Source: a candidate division WOR-3 bacterium
GTDB taxonomy: Bacteria > Hydrothermota > Tepidihabitantia > Tepidihabitantales > CAIPLT01
Length of the DNA: 52,669 nt
Direction: 5' to 3'
Assembly: GCA_965649215.1 (NCBI GenBank)
Contig: CBFGJZ010000008.1
Span: forward strand, 1-52,669
Below are positions 30,751 to 38,368 of the stretch, in pieces. A program made the position numbers and the translations under genes. The notes beneath the pieces are model-generated. The model saw only the letters and a program-made list of their open reading frames with translations. It ran no database searches and had not been told where the DNA came from. The stretch's first letter is position 1, and each line of letters opens with the position of its first letter.

Positions 30751-32706
30751 ATGGGATTTTACACATCATTTTTTTTAATGTTTTTACCGTTAGCAGCAAT
30801 CCCAATCATAATCCATTTAATCCAAAGAATCAGGCTTAAGAAAGTTAATTATTCTTCGCTCTTATTTCTCACCCAAGTCAATAAACAGAGATATACTTGG
30901 TTGCAATTAAAAGAAGTACTGCTTTTGATATTACGCACACTCTTTATTTTCTTTTTACTGTTCAGTTTAACTAGACCCTATATTAAAAAAAACATCGGTT
31001 TGCCCAAAGATGTTGCCAGCAATATAATTATCTTGGATGATTCTTACAGTATGGCGTATGGGACGAATTTTAAGCAGGCAGTTGGGGTCGTAAAAAATCT
31101 CATTGAACAATCTCATAAAAATTCTGAAATTGCTCTTATATTAAGTTCCCTACACCGACAAAAAGAGTTTACCAAAAATCACGAGACCATAAAAACCTTG
31201 TTAGATTCACTAACAGTGTCTTATTCAGATCGGACTTTAAGTGAGGCATTTGATAAAAGTTTAGACTGGATGACCAATCAAGCTACGTACAATGCGAAAA
31301 ATATCTATATTATCACGGACCTGCAAAAACATGCGATTGAAGCAGTCTTGGCTAAAATAAAAAATCTCAAGCGTCCGGCTGACTTTCGGATTACGGTTAT
31401 TGATGTCGGAACAAAAAATACGAATAATGCATTGCTGCCAAAGGTATATCTCAATCCCAACTTCCCGAGTCCTAATTTCCCATCCCGCCTTTATGCAAGT
31501 GTCAAAAACCAATCACTGCAAAGTGAGAATAGAAAAATATTTTTTAAGTTATGGATTGCCAACCAAGAATCGTTAGTTGATGCCCAGGAAAAAGAGATTA
31601 CTTTAAATCCTATTGAAGAAAAGATAGTTACGAGTGATATCAGTATTGAAGAACCGGCAGTATATCGGGCATCCGCAATGTTAACAAACGATGCATTGTC
31701 ATATGATGACCAATACTATTTTAGTGTTCATATTGCAAAAAATAATAAGATTTTATTACTAACAGATAATGCCGGTGATGTTAAATATGTTGAAAAAGCA
31801 TTAAAAGCCAGTCTGTTTGAGACGGAAATTAATGACATTCGCAGTTTAGCAAAATTAAATCTTAAAAATTATTCGGCAATTGGCCTCTTTGGTTCTTTGA
31901 AATTAAATGACGCTGATTTACGGCGAATTGCCAATTATTTACTCGCTGGCGGCGGTGTTTTTGTGGCTAGTAGCGAAATTGTTTCACCAGCAAACTGGCA
32001 AAAAATTCTCAATTTAGAAATAGATTTATCAGGCAAACAATCAGTCATTGGAGCAGGTGGATTTGTGTCAATCCAAGAAATTGATTATCAACATCCGATT
32101 ATGGAAATATTCAAAGACGCAAATTTGTCGACTGCCAAATTTTATGCATATTGGGATTTAAACACAGTTCCCCATCAAAATGTAATCGCCTATTTTTCTT
32201 TTAATAAACCGTTTCTCATCCATAATCAAAATCCGAAAGTAATCTTTGCTTTAAGTAATCTTGATGTTAAGCATACGGATTTTGTTTTCAAAGCAACCTT
32301 TGTGCCATTATTGCATCGTATTTTCAGTTATCTTTCTTTACCCAATATTAAAACTAACTATCTGGTGGACGAACCCATCATTTGGCAAGTGGCAAGTGCT
32401 TTGCCGGTACGGATTAAAACTCCTTACAATGAATATTTACAAACACCGATTCAAGATAATACAAAATATCTTATTAAAATTAATAATACAGAAAAACCAG
32501 GATTTTATCATATCGGAGAATCAGTCATAACCGTTAATGTCAATTACGAAGAGAGCGATCTGACACGTATCAGCGTAAGTGAAATTAAAAAGTCAGGAGT
32601 AGAAATTATCGACGAATTTCAAAGCCCAATTCGTGAGCTTACCAATCTTTTATTATGGTTGGCAATCATATTTTTTATTTTTGAAATGCTCGTCTTGATT
32701 ATCTAA
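30751..32706 (+). CDS. BatA N-terminal domain / vWA domain membrane protein
   Basis: PIIIHLI...LLLILR (BatA), DDSYSM (MIDAS), IITD, a GATase-like domain and C-terminal ESDL plus a TM helix. Confidence 0.88.
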   Translation: MGFYTSFFLMFLPLAAIPIIIHLIQRIRLKKVNYSSLLFLTQVNKQRYTWLQLKEVLLLILRTLFIFFLLFSLTRPYIKKNIGLPKDVASNIIILDDSYSMAYGTNFKQAVGVVKNLIEQSHKNSEIALILSSLHRQKEFTKNHETIKTLLDSLTVSYSDRTLSEAFDKSLDWMTNQATYNAKNIYIITDLQKHAIEAVLAKIKNLKRPADFRITVIDVGTKNTNNALLPKVYLNPNFPSPNFPSRLYASVKNQSLQSENRKIFFKLWIANQESLVDAQEKEITLNPIEEKIVTSDISIEEPAVYRASAMLTNDALSYDDQYYFSVHIAKNNKILLLTDNAGDVKYVEKALKASLFETEINDIRSLAKLNLKNYSAIGLFGSLKLNDADLRRIANYLLAGGGVFVASSEIVSPANWQKILNLEIDLSGKQSVIGAGGFVSIQEIDYQHPIMEIFKDANLSTAKFYAYWDLNTVPHQNVIAYFSFNKPFLIHNQNPKVIFALSNLDVKHTDFVFKATFVPLLHRIFSYLSLPNIKTNYLVDEPIIWQVASALPVRIKTPYNEYLQTPIQDNTKYLIKINNTEKPGFYHIGESVITVNVNYEESDLTRISVSEIKKSGVEIIDEFQSPIRELTNLLLWLAIIFFIFEMLVLII

Positions 32707-32739
32707 ACGAGTAGGTGATGAGAAAAAAAGCAAGTAAAG

Positions 32740-33165
32740 TTAACAAGGCCAACGGCGGGCAACAACATATTGGGAGTTTATCTTTTCATATTCAAAAAAG
32801 CCAGTTAAAGGGACTTTGCGGCAGAGTTCACTAATTTTACTATAAAAACCTTTGGGATAAAAAATATAAAAGACCGGCGCTAAAGTAGCAAACTTTTGCC
32901 ATTGGGCGATTTCTTGTTCATTAATGCTACTATAAGTTTCCACTTCACCAATCATAACAATTTTATTGGTTTGAGTGTTTATAATGACAATATCAGGATA
33001 ATACTCATTCCCTTCTTGATCTCGAACAACTTTATTCTTTAGGGGGTGATTGATAAAAGTCATTAAAGTTGGTCGTGCCGCGTTGGGATAATTATAGATG
33101 TTCTTTTTTAAAAGATCAATGATTTCTTGATGGATAATTTGTTCTTCAAATGGTCTGTCTTCCAT
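32740..33165 (-). CDS. Hypothetical protein, possible PD-(D/E)xK nuclease-like fold
   Basis: YPDIVI...IGEVET motif; has its own promoter. Confidence 0.6.
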   Translation of the reverse strand: MEDRPFEEQIIHQEIIDLLKKNIYNYPNAARPTLMTFINHPLKNKVVRDQEGNEYYPDIVIINTQTNKIVMIGEVETYSSINEQEIAQWQKFATLAPVFYIFYPKGFYSKISELCRKVPLTGFFEYEKINSQYVVARRWPC

Positions 33166-33181
33166 GCCACACCGTTTTATA

Positions 33182-33209
33182 ATTATATGAGATAAAATAA
33201 GTTCGTCAA
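33182..33209 (-). promoter_or_regulatory. sigma70 promoter for the 32740-33165 gene
   Basis: TTGACG-N16-TATAAT on the minus strand. Confidence 0.7.
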
Positions 33210-33315
33210 TAGGTTGTATTGCAAAACATAACTTAGCATTGATTGTAAATATAAAAATAAATATTAAAAATAAAAGGCAGGGGCAATGATCGTCTAAGAG
33301 TGCAATGCGGAGGGG

Positions 33316-33343
33316 TTGACTCGTAACGATAAAGTTCTATAAT
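33316..33343 (+). promoter_or_regulatory. sigma70 promoter, leaderless, for the phosphoesterase operon
   Basis: TTGACT-N16-TATAAT, 5 nt before ATG 33349. Confidence 0.75.
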
Positions 33344-33348
33344 AAACT

Positions 33349-35112
33349 ATGCATAAAATTAAAAGTATCGTATATTTATTAATATCTCCTTTATTTGTAT
33401 TTGGTCAAATCCAACTGCAAGGCATCAATCAAAAAAATTTTTCCTTCGCAATTTTAGGTGATCGTACTGGTAGTGCAGAACCGGAAATATTTGAACAAAT
33501 TATCAAAACCACCATAAAACTAAATCCTGATTTTGTTATGAATATTGGGGATTTAATTGAAGGATATGCAAGTGATATTGATAGTATTAATGCGCAATGG
33601 GATTCAATTTTTTCTAATCTTGGATATCTTAAAGATAAATTTTATTTTACCCCGGGTAATCATGATATTTGGGATGACCAAAGCGAAATTATCTATCTAA
33701 CCCGCCTTGGTTATAAAAATCCTTATTATACATTTTCGATCGGTAAAAATCATTTTATTGTTTTAGATAATAGCCGTCAAGCCAAGATAAATGACTTGGA
33801 TTCAGCGCAAATTAAGTGGTTGAATACAACGCTCAATAAGTTTAAGAAAACTGATAATATTTTTTGTTTTATGCACAGATCGTTTTGGAAAGATGCTTAT
33901 AACACAAATAAACCAGACACTTTTCATAAGTTGTTTGTTAAGTATGGCGTTGATTATGTTTTCTCGGGTCATGACCATTTTTATTGCCAACTGAATTGGG
34001 ATGGGATAACTTATACGCAATTAGGTCCTTCGGGAAGTCGTTATAAAGTTTATCGCGAAAAGGAGTTTGGTGCGTTTCAGAATTTTTTAGTTGTCTCGGT
34101 TAAAAAGAATAAACCAACAATAAAAGTCATCGAACCAGACGGAACAGAACTTGCGCCAGATATCGTAACCATGGCTGATATTAAGGAACTGGTCAAAATT
34201 GACAAATCGGTTTTGATAAGTGCGATTAACCCGAATCAAGCAGACTCAATCCGCGTAGAAATAAAAAATATTCTCGAGATACCGATTTCAACTCAATGCC
34301 AATGGTCAATAAATAATAATGCCTGGCAGATTATTCCTAATCAGCATTCGGTGATGATAGCCCCGCAGAATATTTATACATATCGTTATTATGTCTCTCT
34401 TAAAAGCGACAGCATTTATCCCTTGCCTAATTTTCAAATGACTTATCCCTATGCAGCGGGTAAAAAAGATTATAATTTATCGAGGATGGTGCCGACTGCA
34501 TTAGACGCGGAATGTCACCTTGTAAACGAGATCATAAAAATTGATGGCAATTTAACTGAGAAAGCATGGAAAGCAAAAAAGCCGATTTCAGTATTTGGTT
34601 CAAGTGAAGGTAAGCTCTCGCCAACCGACCCATGGCAGTGCTGGTTTGCCTATGATAAAGATTATATCTATATCAGTGCGCGACTTATTGATTCGCTGCC
34701 AGATAAAATCAGTTTGACCATAACTAAGCGCGACGACCGAGTCAACGCGGACGACCATATTAATGTGATTTTACAACCGAATGTGGCATCAGATACTTAT
34801 TACCAATTCTTTATTAATGCCAATGGTGCAATTTGGGACCGTATCTGCTATCAGCAAGGTAAAGAACAAAAGCGGGACACGAAATGGAACTCAAATATCA
34901 TTGCCAAAACAAAAATTATCAAGGACAGTAAATTTTCTGGTTGGGTCGTGGAAGCGGCAATTCCTTTTAAAGATTTCAACATTACCAAACCAAACCAGGT
35001 CTGGGGATTTAATCTCGTGCGTTATCAAAAGAGAAAAGAGACAGTCAGTATCTATTCCGTCCCATTTGAGCATGACCCCAAAACATTTGCAAGACTTAAC
35101 TTTATAAAATAG
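33349..35112 (+). CDS. Secreted calcineurin-like metallophosphoesterase fused to a C-terminal CBM9/DOMON-like sugar-binding domain
   Basis: Signal peptide; GDRT, GDLI, PGNHD, MH and GHDH motifs; C-terminal IDGNL...W, YDKDYIY, EAAIPF and WGFN. Confidence 0.85.
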   Translation: MHKIKSIVYLLISPLFVFGQIQLQGINQKNFSFAILGDRTGSAEPEIFEQIIKTTIKLNPDFVMNIGDLIEGYASDIDSINAQWDSIFSNLGYLKDKFYFTPGNHDIWDDQSEIIYLTRLGYKNPYYTFSIGKNHFIVLDNSRQAKINDLDSAQIKWLNTTLNKFKKTDNIFCFMHRSFWKDAYNTNKPDTFHKLFVKYGVDYVFSGHDHFYCQLNWDGITYTQLGPSGSRYKVYREKEFGAFQNFLVVSVKKNKPTIKVIEPDGTELAPDIVTMADIKELVKIDKSVLISAINPNQADSIRVEIKNILEIPISTQCQWSINNNAWQIIPNQHSVMIAPQNIYTYRYYVSLKSDSIYPLPNFQMTYPYAAGKKDYNLSRMVPTALDAECHLVNEIIKIDGNLTEKAWKAKKPISVFGSSEGKLSPTDPWQCWFAYDKDYIYISARLIDSLPDKISLTITKRDDRVNADDHINVILQPNVASDTYYQFFINANGAIWDRICYQQGKEQKRDTKWNSNIIAKTKIIKDSKFSGWVVEAAIPFKDFNITKPNQVWGFNLVRYQKRKETVSIYSVPFEHDPKTFARLNFIK

Positions 35113-35118
35113 TTGAAT

Positions 35119-37959
35119 ATGCAAAAAAAGATTATACTTATTAGTAGTTGTTTGTTAGTTATTATTTTTTCTTATGCTTCTACAATGTCATTAAGTAAAG
35201 CAGACCAAGAAGAGATAAAAAAAGCGTTACAGATTCAAGGCATTACTGAAAAAGAACTCGGTTTTGAAAAGAAATGGGCAGTGGATAGTATTTATCGGCT
35301 GAAGATCGTTACTGAGCTTTTGGATAATCCAATGCATGTGCCTGCTTATCTTGATAAAAGCGTGAGAACAGTTGATAGTCTTAAACAAGGTCTTAGTAGC
35401 CAATCCTTGTTCTTATATAATCAGCTTGATATTAAGATTACGAATGGCGATATAAAAAAAATCAAGCGGGAAATTACCAAACAGGTAAAAAATCTACCCA
35501 AAAGACCAAGTATTATCAATACAATAAATGCCAGTTATGAGATTGCGGATAAGTATTTGCACCAATCAATAAAAAACTTAACTGATTTGGAAATAAATAC
35601 GCTCTTGATGATGGCGCCAGTCCTGTGTGGTGATGAAGAAGATAGTTTGAGTGGTCTAAAGGGTGCTTTGCATCGAGAGTTTGGCATTGAAATCGACACA
35701 GGTGTTAAAGTCGAAATCGATACTATCCTTAACTTATTTACAAAAATTGACCGCCGGGCTTTAGCTTTATCAGGAATAGTGATTACTGCGGGAATTGAAC
35801 AGATACTTGAAGATATTAAAAATTTATCATTGGATTTGACCGCGAAAATAACTGTGCCCAATGTTAAAGGCGCGGTCTATTATTATGAAGAGACCAAAGC
35901 GGGTAAGTTTGTCATTGGCAGTGAAGAAGATAATGTTTATCAAGGGGATTATGCTTTAATAATTGACTTGGGCGGTAATGATGCCTATCAGGCAAGGGTT
36001 GCAGGCGGTATCGGTATTTTAGCCAGTCCTTTTTCAGTTGTCATCGATTTAGCAGGTGATGATTTGTATGACTCGGCTGACAAATTATTTAATTTCGGGG
36101 CAGGACTTTTTGGTTGTGGTGTCTTAATTGATATGCAAGGTAATGACACTTACAAGAGTTCTCACTATGGATTAGGGGCGGGGTTACTCGGAACTGGTGT
36201 TTTATTAGATTTTGATGGTGATGATATTTATTCAGGCGGCTGTTTTTGCCAAGGTGCGGGTAATCTGGGCATTGGTGTCTTATTAGATGTTAACGGTGAT
36301 GACACATATCGCGGTTATGAAAATTGTCAGGCATTTTCTTCAACTTGGGGTTATGGCCTTTTGACGGATTTTTCTGGCAATGATTTGTATTATGCGGGCG
36401 GTAAGTATCTACACAAACCATTATTGCCTAATGATTATCGGACTTTATCCCAGGGCTTTTCAATCGGTTTTCGACCTACCGCAAGTGGTGGCATTGCGCT
36501 ATTATATGACAAATCAGGTCAGGATTATTATAATGGCGCGGTCTTTGCTCAAGGTACGAGTTATTGGTATTCATTAGGTATGCTCTATGACGCAGCCGGC
36601 AATGATTTTTACAATGCAGTTCAATATGCGCAGGGCGCGGGCATTCATCTTTCAGTCGGGATTTTGATTGACCGAGATGGCGACGACCATTATTATTCGC
36701 GGTTTGGACCTGCTCAAGGTGAAGGGCATGATTTTTCAGTCGGTATTCTCATCGATAAAAAAGGTAATGACAATTATAGCACGAGTGGCGGACAGGGCAT
36801 TGGTCTCACTAATTCATTCGGACTTTTTATTGATAATGAAGGTGATGATGTTTATTCAACTAAAGAAAAATATTTTGGTCAGGGTATGGCAAATTGGTCG
36901 CGTGGATTTGGCGGTGTTGGCGTATTTTTAGACCTGCAGGGTGAAGATATTTATCCCAAAGAATCAAGAGCCGATAATAACGCAAACTGGACACAATCTG
37001 TGTATGGTTTTGGCATTGATAGGAAAGGCGTGGCGCGGGATGTCGAAGCCGAGATTCAAGAAGAGCCCGACACTGTAAAACTAAAATCGGCTCCAATTGA
37101 AGATGTGTTTAAAGAAGCTGCGCTCTGGGAAGTGGGCAGTGCTAAAAAAAGGGTTAAAGCAGGCCGTGCTGAATTACTCAAAAGAGCCGAACAAGCACTT
37201 GATTATATCTTTAGTAAAAAAATCGCAACCAAAGATGGTCTGGAATTGAGAGCAATTGAAGAACTGGCAAAATCGGTTTCTGATACAAGTTATAATGATT
37301 CTCTGGTAAGAATCAAAATGCAAAAGATGCTTTATCAGACATTATATCACCAAGACCGCTGGGCACGGGGCAATGTTGCTTATTTGCTTGGTAAAATTAA
37401 AGCGATTCAAGCCATTGATTCTTTAATCCTCGCATACAAACAGAATCGGATTCGGGCTCGTGCAATGATTGGCGCATTTGAAGATATTGGCGACTCATCA
37501 GTCGTGCCAATTATTATTCCGTATCTTAAAGATAAAGAAAAACCGACCAGAATCGCATCGGCACGGGCATTGGCAAAACTCAAAGACCCGCGGGCGATTT
37601 CGGCTCTGTATCATGCGTTAAACGATAAATATTTTACGGTTCGGATGGCAGCTGAAACTGCTTTAGTCGCGATTGGCGATTCGTCATTAAAGTTTCTCTT
37701 AACTAAAACAAAAGATGTCAAAGTCATTGGTATTATTGGAGTTTTGGGTGCCAAACTGGATACAGTTGAAAAGAAAAACGAGCGCGCACAGATTGTTAAT
37801 ATTATAAAACCATATTTAGAGCATAAACAACCAAGTATCAGATTAAAAGCAGTTCAAGCATTAGCCGAGTTCAGCGAAGCAAAGCCAATCTTACAGGAAA
37901 AAATGGCATTAGAGACCAATAATTTTGTCTTGAATAAGTATCAACAGATCTGGAAATAG
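35119..37959 (+). CDS. Large exported protein with about 12 DxxGxDxY repeats and C-terminal HEAT repeats
   Basis: Signal peptide; repeats from IDLGGNDAY to LDLQGEDIY; HEAT-like units (RIASARALAKL, VRMAAETAL, IRLKAVQAL). The ORF track starts at TTG 35113; ATG is at 35119. Confidence 0.8.
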   Translation: MQKKIILISSCLLVIIFSYASTMSLSKADQEEIKKALQIQGITEKELGFEKKWAVDSIYRLKIVTELLDNPMHVPAYLDKSVRTVDSLKQGLSSQSLFLYNQLDIKITNGDIKKIKREITKQVKNLPKRPSIINTINASYEIADKYLHQSIKNLTDLEINTLLMMAPVLCGDEEDSLSGLKGALHREFGIEIDTGVKVEIDTILNLFTKIDRRALALSGIVITAGIEQILEDIKNLSLDLTAKITVPNVKGAVYYYEETKAGKFVIGSEEDNVYQGDYALIIDLGGNDAYQARVAGGIGILASPFSVVIDLAGDDLYDSADKLFNFGAGLFGCGVLIDMQGNDTYKSSHYGLGAGLLGTGVLLDFDGDDIYSGGCFCQGAGNLGIGVLLDVNGDDTYRGYENCQAFSSTWGYGLLTDFSGNDLYYAGGKYLHKPLLPNDYRTLSQGFSIGFRPTASGGIALLYDKSGQDYYNGAVFAQGTSYWYSLGMLYDAAGNDFYNAVQYAQGAGIHLSVGILIDRDGDDHYYSRFGPAQGEGHDFSVGILIDKKGNDNYSTSGGQGIGLTNSFGLFIDNEGDDVYSTKEKYFGQGMANWSRGFGGVGVFLDLQGEDIYPKESRADNNANWTQSVYGFGIDRKGVARDVEAEIQEEPDTVKLKSAPIEDVFKEAALWEVGSAKKRVKAGRAELLKRAEQALDYIFSKKIATKDGLELRAIEELAKSVSDTSYNDSLVRIKMQKMLYQTLYHQDRWARGNVAYLLGKIKAIQAIDSLILAYKQNRIRARAMIGAFEDIGDSSVVPIIIPYLKDKEKPTRIASARALAKLKDPRAISALYHALNDKYFTVRMAAETALVAIGDSSLKFLLTKTKDVKVIGIIGVLGAKLDTVEKKNERAQIVNIIKPYLEHKQPSIRLKAVQALAEFSEAKPILQEKMALETNNFVLNKYQQIWK

Positions 37960-38040
37960 AATTTCAACTTTATCATAAACAAAGCGATAACATGAGACAG
38001 CTCGCTACTCCTTTGAAGCAGGGATGAGTCAGACCTTGTA

Positions 38041-38256
38041 TCTAATCGACTAAGTAATATGACAGGTTATGATTTAGATTAGAGAGTTAGTAACCTATCC
38101 AGTAACGAAGAAGCTCAAATAGATAGTTTGAGAATAGATAATTTTGTAGGTAAACATTTAGGTGAGCCCCCCGGCAACCTGATAGGCAACCGAGCAGGTG
38201 AACTAATAGATAGTCTTTTAAGTAACCTAAATGATAATTAAGAGGGTTAGGTCAGT
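38041..38256. repeat. Degenerate 12-bp periodic tandem array (about 18 units, consensus approx. RGTAACCTANTA)
   Basis: Cut every 12 nt from 38041, position 3 is T in 16/18 units (C in the other two), position 5 is A in 16/18 and position 1 is a purine in 17/18. Confidence 0.75.
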
Positions 38257-38285
38257 TCTTGACGGGAAAAGTTATTTTTTAATGT

Positions 38286-38353
38286 ATAAAAAAAGCGACA
38301 GGATTAACGGCTTCAGCTTCATTTATTGTTTTTTAAAGCTCGTTAATCCTGTC
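38286..38353 (-). terminator. Intrinsic terminator-like hairpin after the 38369 gene
   Basis: Perfect 13-bp inverted repeat GACAGGATTAACG/CGTTAATCCTGTC (38297-38353) followed by a T-run on the minus strand. Confidence 0.7.
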
Positions 38354-38368
38354 TGTTTATTGATTTAG

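Noticed and set aside
38041-38256. CRISPR array interpretation of the periodic tract
   Set aside because: No identical 23-47-bp repeats with unique spacers and no cas genes.
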